From NCBI GenBank assembly GCA_052386675.1, contig JBQTJX010000019.1:81498-145497 (forward strand): 64,000 bases of DNA, in the 5' to 3' direction. This stretch comes from Betaproteobacteria bacterium. GTDB lineage: Bacteria > Pseudomonadota > Gammaproteobacteria > Burkholderiales > SG8-39. Under the pieces are notes generated by a model. It was given only the letters and a program-made list of their open reading frames with translations. It was not told the DNA's origin and searched no databases. Shown piece by piece: positions 28,285 to 36,766 of the stretch. The first letter of the stretch is position 1; every line of letters starts with the position of its first letter. Position numbers and translations under genes: made by a program.

Positions 28285-29238
28285 CTACAGTTCCCCGAAG
28301 GCGAACACCCGGTCCCCGGCCGGCACCCGCGGGGGCTGGCCGATGGCCCGGTTCATGGCCTCGAAGCCGTCGCGGTTGCCGACGGTGTCGCCTTGCAGGC
28401 GCACCTGCCGGGTCACCACCAGGCCCAGCGGCGCCGACAGCGTGCCGCCCGAGAGCACGCCGATCATGGACAACGTGCCCGCGGGCCGGATGCAGCGCAG
28501 CGACTGGGCGAGGGTCTTCTCGCCGCCCAGTTCGACGATGTGGTCGTAGCCGCGGCCGCCGGTGATTTCGCGCGTGGCCTTGTACCACTCCGGCACCTTC
28601 ACGTAGTTGATCGCCGCGTCCGCGCCCATGGCCCGGGCGCGGGCGATTTTCTCGTCGCTGGAGGAAATCACGGTGACGTGCGCGCCCAGCAGCTTGGCAA
28701 ACTGCAGTGCGAACAGGGCCACGCCGCCGGTGCCTTGCACCAGCACCTTCGAGCCCGGCCCGAGCCGGTCGTGCGTGACCACCGCGCTCCAGGCAGTGAG
28801 GGCGGCGCAGGGCAGGGTGGCGGCCTGGATGTCGGTCAGGTGCACCGGGACCTGCACGATCCCGGCCTCGGGCAGCACCATGTACTCGGCCATCACCCCG
28901 TCCACCGGACCGCCCAGGGATTGCGTCATGCGCTCCAGCGTCGGCTCGCCGCTGATCCAGCCCTGGCTGAAGACAGGGCAGACGCGGTCGCCGACCTTCG
29001 CCCGCGTCACGCCGGCCCCGGCTTCCACCACCTCGCCGACGCCATCGGAGACGGGAATCAATGGCAGGGTGCCGGTGAAGGAGCCGTAGCCCCGCAGCGG
29101 CACCACCAGGTCGCGGTAGTTGATGGAGGCCGCCTTCATGCGCAGCAGCACCTGGCCAGGGCCCGGCCTGGGGTCCGGACGCACCGCGAGCTTGAGGTTG
29201 TCGAAGGACCAATCGTCCTGGATCTGGAAGACTTTCAT
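28285..29238 (-). CDS. NAD(P)-dependent medium-chain dehydrogenase/reductase (quinone oxidoreductase-like)
   Basis: 317 aa with an ADH_N/ADH_zinc_N pattern and Rossmann motif VLVQGTGGVALFALQFAK. Confidence 0.85.
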   Translation of the reverse strand: MKVFQIQDDWSFDNLKLAVRPDPRPGPGQVLLRMKAASINYRDLVVPLRGYGSFTGTLPLIPVSDGVGEVVEAGAGVTRAKVGDRVCPVFSQGWISGEPTLERMTQSLGGPVDGVMAEYMVLPEAGIVQVPVHLTDIQAATLPCAALTAWSAVVTHDRLGPGSKVLVQGTGGVALFALQFAKLLGAHVTVISSSDEKIARARAMGADAAINYVKVPEWYKATREITGGRGYDHIVELGGEKTLAQSLRCIRPAGTLSMIGVLSGGTLSAPLGLVVTRQVRLQGDTVGNRDGFEAMNRAIGQPPRVPAGDRVFAFGEL

Positions 29239-29283
29239 GGCGCCATTGTAGTAAAGTGCGATTTGTTTGGGGCCCCAACAATC

Positions 29284-29778
29284 ATGACTGCCATTCCTGA
29301 GCGCGTGCACCTGACGATGCAGGTCAACGGCGAATCCGCGCCGGTATCCTTCGCGCCCTACAAGACCCTGCTCGAAGTGCTGCGCGAGGACCTCGGCCTC
29401 ACCGGCACCAAGCACGGCTGCGAGCTGGGCGAGTGCGGTGCCTGCACCGTGCTGGTGGACGGCCAGCCGGTGCTCTCGTGCCTCGCGCTGGCGCTGGAGT
29501 GCGGCGGCCGCGCCATCGAGACCATCGAGGGCGTGCAGCGGGGGCCCGAGCTCCACCCGCTGCAGGCGGCCTTCGCCGACTGCGGCGGCTCGCAGTGCGG
29601 CTACTGCACCCCGGGCGTGATCATGACTGCCAAAGCGCTGCTGGCGGGCAATCCGGCGCCGACCCGCGACGAGATCCGCGAGGCGACTGCCGGCAACCTG
29701 TGCCGCTGCACCGGCTACCAGCAGATCACAGAGGCCATCGAGTCCGCCGCAACCATGCTGCGCGGTGAGCGGCCATGA
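29284..29778 (+). CDS. (2Fe-2S)-binding small subunit of a molybdenum hydroxylase, HcrC/CoxS-like
   Basis: 164 aa with both cluster motifs, [13 protein letters not shown] and CGYCTPG...NLCRCTGY. Confidence 0.85.
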   Translation: MTAIPERVHLTMQVNGESAPVSFAPYKTLLEVLREDLGLTGTKHGCELGECGACTVLVDGQPVLSCLALALECGGRAIETIEGVQRGPELHPLQAAFADCGGSQCGYCTPGVIMTAKALLAGNPAPTRDEIREATAGNLCRCTGYQQITEAIESAATMLRGERP

Positions 29779-32231
29779 ACGAAACGAAAAAGCGGCTGGA
29801 TGTCATCGGCAAGCCGCGCCGCCGGGTGGACGGACGTTCCAAGGTCACCGGCGCCCTGCGCTTCGCCGACGACCTGTCGCTGCCGCGCATGCTGCACGCC
29901 AAGCTGCTGCGCTCGCCGCACCCCCATGCCATCGTCGAAGCGGTGGATGTGGAGAAGGCCAGGCGCCATCCTGGGGTGAAGCTGGTGCTGACCGGGCAGG
30001 ATTTCCCGGTTCCGTTCGGCATCATGCCGGTTTCGGTGGATGAGTATCCGCTGGCGCGCGAACGCGTGCGCTATGTCGGCGACCCGGTGGCCGCGGTGAT
30101 TGCGCAGGACGAGCAAACCGCCACGGCGGCGCTTGACCTGATCGAGGTGCGCTACCAGCTGCTCAAGCCGGTGTCCGGCCCGCAGGAAGGGCTGGAGAAC
30201 CCCGAGCCGCGCATCCACGACTACGGCGAGCAGGGCAACATCCACCGCAACCAGTCCTACGAGTTCGGCGATACGGCCGAGGCACTGGGGAACTCCGACC
30301 ATGTCTTCGAAGACTTGTTCTTCTACGAAGGCAACACCCACCTGCCGATGGAGCAGCAGGCCTCGCTTGCGTTCCTGGACCAGGACGGCAAGCTGCAGAT
30401 TTCCTCGTCGACGCAGAACCCCCACTACCTGCACCGGCAACTCGCGCGCGTGCTGCAGATTCCCGAGTCGCGCATCCGCGTCGTCGCCACGCCCAATGGC
30501 GGCGGCTTCGGCGGCAAGTGCGATCCCGGCGGACATGAGTTCGTGGTCAGCAAGGCCGCGCTGGTGCTGGGCCGCCCGGTGAAAATCGGCCTGACGCGCG
30601 AGGAAGTGTTCTACGTCCATCGCGGCCGCCACCCGGTGCTGATGAAAATGAAGACCGGGGTGACCAAGGAGGGCAAGCTCACCGGCATGCACCTGCAGAC
30701 GCTGCTCGATGGCGGCGGCTACGGTTCGCACGGGCCGGCGAGCACCTTCTACACCGGCGTACTGACGCCGGTCACCTACCACTACCCGCGCTTCAAGTTC
30801 GAGGCCTGCCGGGTGTTCACGAACAAGCCGGCCTGCGGTCCCAAGCGCGGCCACGGCACGCCGCAGCCGCGCTTCGGCCAGGAAGTGCAGCTGGACAAGA
30901 TCGCCGAGCGCCTCGGCATGGATCCGCTGGAATTGCGCCTGAAGAACCTCACCCGGGAAGGCGACCTCACCGCGAGCTGGTTGCGCGTGGGGACGACCGG
31001 CCTCAAGGACTGCCTGGACAAGGTCGCGGACCTGTCAGGCTGGAAGTCGAAGCACGGCAAGCTGCCCGGGGGAAGGGGTGTCGGCCTCGCCTGCAGCACC
31101 TACATGTGCGGCGCGGGCGTGGCCATCTACTGGAACAAAATGCCGCACTCGGGTGTGCAGGTGCTGCTGGACCGCTCCGGCAGCGTCATCGTGTATTGCG
31201 GCGCCACCGAGATCGGCCAGGGCTCGGACGACGTGCTGGCCGCGATCGTCGCCGAGACCCTCGGCGTGGACACCGGATCGGTGCGCGTCGTGACCGGCGA
31301 CACCGGCATCACCCCGGTGGACCTGGGTTCGTACTCCAGCCGCGTCACCATCATGGCGGGCAACGCGGCGGTGCAGGCCGCCGAGCGGCTGCGCGCCAGC
31401 GTCGCCGCGGCGGTGTGCGAGACCCTGGGCACGCTGCCCGATCGCGTGGTGTTCTCGCAGGGAAAGGTGTTCGCCGCAGACAACGCTGGCGCCGGCATGA
31501 GCTTCGTCGAGGCCGTGGCGATGGCCGAGGCCGCGCTTGGCACCTTGTCGGCAGTCGGATCCTATTCGCCCCCGAAGGCGCCCGGCCGGTACAAGGGCGC
31601 AGGCGTCGGTCCATCGCCCGCCTACAGCTTCAGCGCCTGCGTGGTCGAGGCCGAGGTGGACGAGCGCACCGGCTGGATCCATGTGCCGAAAATCTGGATC
31701 GCGCACGACATCGGCCGCGCGCTCAACCCGGTGCTGGCGCGCGGGCAGGTGATCGGCGGCGTGTACATGGGCCTGTCGGAGGCGATGATGGAAGAGCAGA
31801 CCTTCCGCCGCCTGCCGGAGAAACTCTCCGGCGCGCTGGTGCATCGCGCCCCCTCCATGCTCGACTACAAGAGCCTCACCGCACTCGACATGCCGGAAGT
31901 GGAAGTCGCGCTCATCGAGGATCCGGACCCCAACTGCCCCTACGGTGCGAAGGAAGTGGGGCAGGGCCCGCTGCTGCCCGTGATGCCGGCACTGGCAAAC
32001 GCCATATTCGACGCCGTGGGCGTGCGCATCGACGAGATCCCGATCACCCCGGACAAGGTGCTGCGCGCGCTGGAGGCGAAGGCCGCCGGCAAGGCGCCGC
32101 GCGTCGGGCCGGAGTCCTACCCCGCGGTGCCCTATCCGGAACCCACCTTCGTGCTGCCGCCCTGGGAAGACGGCGACGGCAACGAGTCCCGCAAGGGGGG
32201 CGAGAAGCGTGCTGCGACTGCCGTGGTTTGA
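29775..32231 (+). CDS. molybdopterin-binding large subunit of a xanthine-dehydrogenase-family enzyme, HcrA-like
   Basis: 818 aa with aldehyde oxidase/xanthine dehydrogenase a/b-hammerhead and MoCo-binding blocks (GGGFGGK, AHDIGRALNP, GAKEVGQGP). ATGA overlap with the small subunit. Confidence 0.85.
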   Translation: MNETKKRLDVIGKPRRRVDGRSKVTGALRFADDLSLPRMLHAKLLRSPHPHAIVEAVDVEKARRHPGVKLVLTGQDFPVPFGIMPVSVDEYPLARERVRYVGDPVAAVIAQDEQTATAALDLIEVRYQLLKPVSGPQEGLENPEPRIHDYGEQGNIHRNQSYEFGDTAEALGNSDHVFEDLFFYEGNTHLPMEQQASLAFLDQDGKLQISSSTQNPHYLHRQLARVLQIPESRIRVVATPNGGGFGGKCDPGGHEFVVSKAALVLGRPVKIGLTREEVFYVHRGRHPVLMKMKTGVTKEGKLTGMHLQTLLDGGGYGSHGPASTFYTGVLTPVTYHYPRFKFEACRVFTNKPACGPKRGHGTPQPRFGQEVQLDKIAERLGMDPLELRLKNLTREGDLTASWLRVGTTGLKDCLDKVADLSGWKSKHGKLPGGRGVGLACSTYMCGAGVAIYWNKMPHSGVQVLLDRSGSVIVYCGATEIGQGSDDVLAAIVAETLGVDTGSVRVVTGDTGITPVDLGSYSSRVTIMAGNAAVQAAERLRASVAAAVCETLGTLPDRVVFSQGKVFAADNAGAGMSFVEAVAMAEAALGTLSAVGSYSPPKAPGRYKGAGVGPSPAYSFSACVVEAEVDERTGWIHVPKIWIAHDIGRALNPVLARGQVIGGVYMGLSEAMMEEQTFRRLPEKLSGALVHRAPSMLDYKSLTALDMPEVEVALIEDPDPNCPYGAKEVGQGPLLPVMPALANAIFDAVGVRIDEIPITPDKVLRALEAKAAGKAPRVGPESYPAVPYPEPTFVLPPWEDGDGNESRKGGEKRAATAVV

Positions 32232-33213
32232 GTACCGCAGCCCGCGCACGGTCGCGGAGGCGGTGAAGATCCTCGCGGGAGAAGGTCCGGCGGCGATGCT
32301 GGTCGCCGGCGGCACCGACCTGCTGCCCAACATGAAGCGGCGCCACCAGTCGCCGAAGGTGCTGGTTTCGCTGCGCGCGGTGGATGAACTGCGCAAGCTG
32401 AACGGCAGCTACGGTGCCGGCCTCACGCTGGCGGAGGTCGCGGCGCATCCGGGAACCCCGGCCGCGCTGCGCCACGCGGCCGGTCAGGTGGCCACGGCGC
32501 AGATCCGGAACATGGGCACGCTGGGCGGAAACCTGTGCCTTGATACGCGCTGCACCTACTACAACCAGAGCTACGAGTGGCGCAAGGCGATCGACTTCTG
32601 CCTGAAGAAGGACGGCAGCGTGTGCTGGGTCGCCACCGCGAGCAAGCGCTGCGTGGCGGCGTCCTCGACCGATACGGCGCCGGCATTGATCGCGCTGGAT
32701 GCGAAGGTGAGGCTGGCTGGCGCTGGTGGTGAGCGCGAGATTCCGGTCGAGGCGCTCTACAACAATGACGGCATCGACTACCTGTCGCGCAAGCCGGATG
32801 AAGTTCTCACGGGAGTCGTCATTCCCGAGGGCTGGAAGAGCACCTACTGGAAGCTGCGCCGGCGCGGCTCGTTTGATTTCCCCATCCTCGGCGTGGCCGC
32901 GGCGGTGCGCATGGACGGCGATGTCGTCGCCGAGGCGCGCGTCGCGCTGGGCGCGGTGGCCTCCCGTCCGTTCCTGGTCGGGAAGGCGGGAGATTTCCTG
33001 AAGGGGAAGCGGCTCACGGACGAGGCGATCGCCGAGGCTGCTTCACTGGTCGCCAATCGCGCCAAGCCCATGGACAACACGGACATGGACCTCTACTGGC
33101 GCAAGGAAGTGGCGGATGACTTCGCGGGGTATGCGCTGCGGGAGCTGCGCGGAGATGACATGAGCGCGGTGCGGCTCAGGACGGCGCGTTACCTGCCTGA
33201 TCCAAAAATGTAA
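32209..33213 (+). CDS. FAD-binding medium subunit with Cys-rich insertion, HcrB-like
   Basis: 334 aa with FAD_binding_5 (AGGTDLLPNMK, GTLGGNL) followed by the insertion CLDTRCTYYNQSYEWRKAIDFCLKKDGSVCWVATASKRC. GTG start with SD AAGGGGGG. The stop TAA lies in palindrome copy 2. Confidence 0.8.
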   Translation: MLRLPWFEYRSPRTVAEAVKILAGEGPAAMLVAGGTDLLPNMKRRHQSPKVLVSLRAVDELRKLNGSYGAGLTLAEVAAHPGTPAALRHAAGQVATAQIRNMGTLGGNLCLDTRCTYYNQSYEWRKAIDFCLKKDGSVCWVATASKRCVAASSTDTAPALIALDAKVRLAGAGGEREIPVEALYNNDGIDYLSRKPDEVLTGVVIPEGWKSTYWKLRRRGSFDFPILGVAAAVRMDGDVVAEARVALGAVASRPFLVGKAGDFLKGKRLTDEAIAEAASLVANRAKPMDNTDMDLYWRKEVADDFAGYALRELRGDDMSAVRLRTARYLPDPKM

Positions 33214-33227
33214 CCGATCGGTTACAT
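33208..33227. repeat. 20-bp perfect palindrome ATGTAACCGATCGGTTACAT (copy 2 of 4), left edge of the islet
   Basis: Read directly. Supplies ATG-TAA as the last codon and stop for ORFs entering from both sides. Confidence 0.95.
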
Positions 33228-33416
33228 CGACCGCGCTCCAGGGGCCGTCTCACGCCCGGTCCGGCGGTCTTCGAGGATGAGCGCGATTGCCTGGGCGAGG
33301 CTTTTCTTGGCTTGCTGCTTCGTGCGGCCTTGGCCATTTGCCCCCGGGACCTCAGGGCAGTAGGCGACGAACCAATTGCCATCGCGCTCGATGGTGGCCG
33401 TGAACTCGTTGTGCAT
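33222..33416 (-). CDS. HicB-family antitoxin-like protein (no hicA partner seen)
   Basis: 64 aa; MHNEFTATIERDGNWFVAYCPEVPGANGQGRTKQQAKKSLAQAI matches the short HicB fold signature. SD GGAGGGAG lies upstream. Confidence 0.65.
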   Translation of the reverse strand: MHNEFTATIERDGNWFVAYCPEVPGANGQGRTKQQAKKSLAQAIALILEDRRTGRETAPGARSM

Positions 33417-33533
33417 GGGGACAGAACTCCCTCCAACTTTGGTGTTGTCTAACATCCGCAGCCACCCGCGCGCGTAGCATGGGAGATCACGCGCGGCGCA
33501 GTGCCTGCGTGCGCGTTGGAGTGGGCTGCGCTG

Positions 33534-33731
33534 TTAAGCCGCAACCTGTTCGTAGGAGAACTGCGGGATGCCAGCACGCTGGGAAGCGTGCTCGACCGTG
33601 ATGGCGCATACGTTGCCCTGAGCATCAATATCGAGGACGGTATTCTCATCGAGGTCGCGCGTCTCGGCGACGGGCGCTTCCTTGAACTCGATGAGCAATG
33701 TGTCGGTATCCTTGAAGTATCGGATTCTCAT
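33534..33731 (-). CDS. DUF2283 domain-containing protein (putative antitoxin)
   Basis: 65 aa, MRIRYFKDTDTLLIEFKEAP...DAQGNVCAITVEHAS. ATGA overlap with the upstream DUF4258 gene. Confidence 0.7.
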   Translation of the reverse strand: MRIRYFKDTDTLLIEFKEAPVAETRDLDENTVLDIDAQGNVCAITVEHASQRAGIPQFSYEQVAA

Positions 33732-33964
33732 GGCGCGAACCTTCGGTCGAAGAACGCATTGTGGACCGTTTCGCCGTCCGGGAGAAGTACCACCCGGAGA
33801 TAGCGATTCTCCGCCTCCGGGATTTGCACCCACCTCTGGATACGGCCGTCGGCTTGTACCTTTTCCCTGATGGGCGACCGGATGGCCCGTTCGATCCATT
33901 CATCGCCGATCCCCGCCCTGTCCGGGCGACTGCGCAGTGCATCGAAATAGCGGGTCGACTTCAT
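33728..33964 (-). CDS. DUF4258 domain-containing protein (putative toxin)
   Basis: 78 aa with WIERAIRSPIREKVQADGRIQRW...RYLRVVLLPDGETVHNAFFDR, typical of the DUF4258 partner of DUF2283. Confidence 0.7.
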   Translation of the reverse strand: MKSTRYFDALRSRPDRAGIGDEWIERAIRSPIREKVQADGRIQRWVQIPEAENRYLRVVLLPDGETVHNAFFDRRFAP

Positions 33965-34075
33965 CTGACAGATCGTCTTGGTTGGGGCTTACGTTGCGGT
34001 GTGGGGCGCGCCGCACGCGCGGTGCTCGGGCTCGCACTGACGCTTGCTCGCGGCGCGTCCCGCACCAGCGCGAAG

Positions 34076-34708
34076 TTAGATGTCACCTATGCGCCCCCTC
34101 AAGCTTGACGCGATTCCGTGAAGCGCTGTGCGCTCCCTCGAGAACGGTCGCGTGGACCAGTTAAGGTAGTAGCCGGGGCCTGAACTGCTTGACGCAAAGG
34201 ACGACAGTTCCGCTTTGGCCGACAGATCAGACAGCTCACCTGATGCTGAACAGAAAGAGAGAATGGCTGAGTCTTGCCGCGGATAGTCGCTTGGCCAAAG
34301 CGGACTTTCTGGTCGAAACACATACGTCATCTGACGAAGGGTCATTGTTGATACTGGAAACACCGTTGTGATGCTCGTCAGCCGCTTGGCGTCGAGGCGT
34401 TTTAGAAATGACTCGGTATTGATCTCGGAAACGACCAAAGCTCGATTTTCCGCGATGAAGGCGAGCGAGGGAAGCTCGTCGATGTAGAACACGGTGCCTT
34501 GCACCCGTTTGGCCTCACAGAAGGCCTTAGCCGTATCCATTGTGGAGTGCATGCACCCTGGCGAGTAGCGGGTAATCCAAGTGCTCCACCACGCGTTTCT
34601 GCCGGTTGTGACGTAGTAGAGCTTTACAGCCTTTACGTCACGGACCAGATACCGGAGGTCGTCGTCCTGCGCATGGGATGCGGCAATGAGTTCCATGGTG
34701 ACATCCAA
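34076..34708 (-). CDS. hypothetical protein (no family recognised)
   Basis: 210-aa ORF in the AT-richer islet. It is the only long ORF in this stretch, and its codon usage differs from the flanking core. Confidence 0.4.
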   Translation of the reverse strand: MDVTMELIAASHAQDDDLRYLVRDVKAVKLYYVTTGRNAWWSTWITRYSPGCMHSTMDTAKAFCEAKRVQGTVFYIDELPSLAFIAENRALVVSEINTESFLKRLDAKRLTSITTVFPVSTMTLRQMTYVFRPESPLWPSDYPRQDSAILSFCSASGELSDLSAKAELSSFASSSSGPGYYLNWSTRPFSRERTALHGIASSLRGRIGDI

Positions 34709-34797
34709 CGTCTGGCTTCAGGCGCGCGGCGCTCTTGACGCGTCGTCCTGAAAGCCGTTGTTCGGTGGCACACGCGCTCGAAGGTACCCAGAGGCGA

Positions 34798-35775
34798 TCA
34801 TTCGATCACCATATCGGCGCGCAACAATAGCTCCTTCGAAATCGTTAGGCCGAGCTGCTTAGCCGTCGCTCTATTTACTGTCAGTTCAAAGATCGTAGGC
34901 TGCTCGACTGGCAAATCACTCGGCTTTGCCCCCTTAAGTATCTTGTCCACGTAGGTTGCCGCCCGCCGCGTGAATGCGCCATAGTTCTGGCCGTAAGCGA
35001 GCAACGCGCCTCTTTCCGCATAGATCCGCGTGGTCGCAATCGACGCGATCCGGTGCTTGAGTGCTGTTCGCGCAATCAGTGTGGCGTGGGTGTTAAATAG
35101 CGCACTCGGTAAAACGATTGCTGCGGTGACCTGTTCCTTCGCCAACAATGCAAACGAGCTCTCGATATCCTCCAGCCTCGGAGCGTAAGCTACCGGAGCC
35201 TTGCCCCCGAGCTGTTGCGCTGCGCTCTGGATGTTCTTGACGTGCCATTGAACCGTCGGCTGATTGGGATCAGCAAGAACACCAACTTGGCTCCGTGGGG
35301 CAACAAGCTTTGCCAATTCGAGCCACTTGGCAGAGGTATCGGTCGTAGCGAGGGACAGCCCTGTGATGTTTCCGCCTGGTCGCGCAAGAGAGGCGATGAA
35401 CCCGCTCGAGACCGGATCTCCAGCGTACGACATGACAATTGGAATCGTGGAAGTTGCCTGTTTGGCCGCCCGGACTGCGGCTGTACCCGCGCCAACAATC
35501 ACGTCAACCTCTCTATTGACTAGGTCGGCGGCTTGCCCAGCAAGACGGTCGACGTGACCTTCGGCGAATCGCCACTCAATGACGAGATTCTTTCCAACTT
35601 CATAGCCAAGTTCGCGCATGCCGTCGGGGAATTGTTCAAAGTAGGGTAGGCGTGTGACTGGCGCGATAAACCCGACGCGCCAGACCTTGGATCTTGGCTG
35701 AGCAAGCGCAATCCGGGGCAAAGTGAGCAACGCACCCACGGCCAATAAGAAATGCCTGCGTATTGACTGGTTCAT
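34798..35775 (-). CDS. ABC transporter substrate-binding protein, ABC_sub_bind (PF04392-like) family, orphan
   Basis: 325 aa with a signal peptide, VWRVGFIAP start and GGNITGLS block. No permease or ATPase is adjacent. Confidence 0.8.
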   Translation of the reverse strand: MNQSIRRHFLLAVGALLTLPRIALAQPRSKVWRVGFIAPVTRLPYFEQFPDGMRELGYEVGKNLVIEWRFAEGHVDRLAGQAADLVNREVDVIVGAGTAAVRAAKQATSTIPIVMSYAGDPVSSGFIASLARPGGNITGLSLATTDTSAKWLELAKLVAPRSQVGVLADPNQPTVQWHVKNIQSAAQQLGGKAPVAYAPRLEDIESSFALLAKEQVTAAIVLPSALFNTHATLIARTALKHRIASIATTRIYAERGALLAYGQNYGAFTRRAATYVDKILKGAKPSDLPVEQPTIFELTVNRATAKQLGLTISKELLLRADMVIE

Positions 35776-35947
35776 ATTCGCTCTATGGAAAGGCTACCAA
35801 CTAATATAGCTCTGAGTTTCTGCGATGCATCGCTGCAGCTATTTGGGGCACTGCGCTCTTTCGCATCAGTATCGTGCCATCGAACGTCCACGTTCACGGC
35901 GCGGGCCGAGCGCGCAGCACGAGGACCGTCGGCCGCGCAACGCGTTG

Positions 35948-36643
35948 TTAGATGCCATTCTTCTGCCTCTCGAGTTCTGCGTCGTTATTCTTGAGCCAAG
36001 CCTCAAGAGCCTCAAACTGTTCTGACCAGACCTTATCGTACTCGTGCTCGAACACGGCATACACGAAGCTCATGGCTGGTTCCTGCTCTGGCCCGAACAC
36101 TTGCACCCAGCGATTTGAGAATGACGTTTCATATTTTTCGGGGTCGCTTGAGGAGTAGGTATACAAAACCCCGTCAAAGTTTGGGTGGACGCTTTCACTG
36201 AGTCGGTCGTACATGGATTGAAGGCCGGGATGCTCCTTTTCAGCCTTTTCCAGGATCTTGAGAACGTGAATCGCGGTGTGTGATGCACCCGGTGTGCGTG
36301 AACCCAGAAGCATCTGTTTGGTGAGTGCGTCGAAATCAAAAAACGAGTATGCCCCTGCCACTACAGCGGCCATTCGCTGATTCAGGAATATCAGTAGCGC
36401 AAGAGTTTCAATGCCAGCACGGAGCAATGCGCGGGCACCGAGGAGATGTTGGTGCTCCGTTAGAAGAAGTGTCTGTTGCGCGAGATCGTGCATCCGCCAG
36501 AACAGCGTCTCGCGTAGCACCATGCCTCTGAACGGAGCTTTCCACTTATGCGCTACGGGGCAACGAGCCAGGAGTCCAGCTACCGGCACGTTCTGACATC
36601 GAGATTGAGACCAGCGCGCGATCCGTTCCCCTGGGCTTTCCAT
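35948..36643 (-). CDS. hypothetical all-helical protein (possible HEPN-like Rx5H motif)
   Basis: 231 aa from ATG 36643 (alternatives 36691 and 36811). Contains RLSESVH. The N-terminal extension to 36811 runs through palindrome copy 3 and is unlikely to be real. Confidence 0.45.
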   Translation of the reverse strand: MESPGERIARWSQSRCQNVPVAGLLARCPVAHKWKAPFRGMVLRETLFWRMHDLAQQTLLLTEHQHLLGARALLRAGIETLALLIFLNQRMAAVVAGAYSFFDFDALTKQMLLGSRTPGASHTAIHVLKILEKAEKEHPGLQSMYDRLSESVHPNFDGVLYTYSSSDPEKYETSFSNRWVQVFGPEQEPAMSFVYAVFEHEYDKVWSEQFEALEAWLKNNDAELERQKNGI

Positions 36644-36766
36644 GGCATCTAACTTGATGTTTAGGCAGCACACCGCCGCCAAGAAAAGCATATACCTCTG
36701 GACGCAAACATCCAATCCCAGATACTTGAGTTCGGCCAACAGATCGGGTGCTTGCCTAGGACGCAA

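Noticed and set aside
33449-33649. 66-aa minus-strand ORF upstream of the HicB-like gene, considered as the missing HicA toxin.
   Set aside because: The sequence (Ser/Arg/Ala-rich) has none of the HicA dsRBD-like features. It also overlaps the DUF2283 gene on the same strand in another frame.
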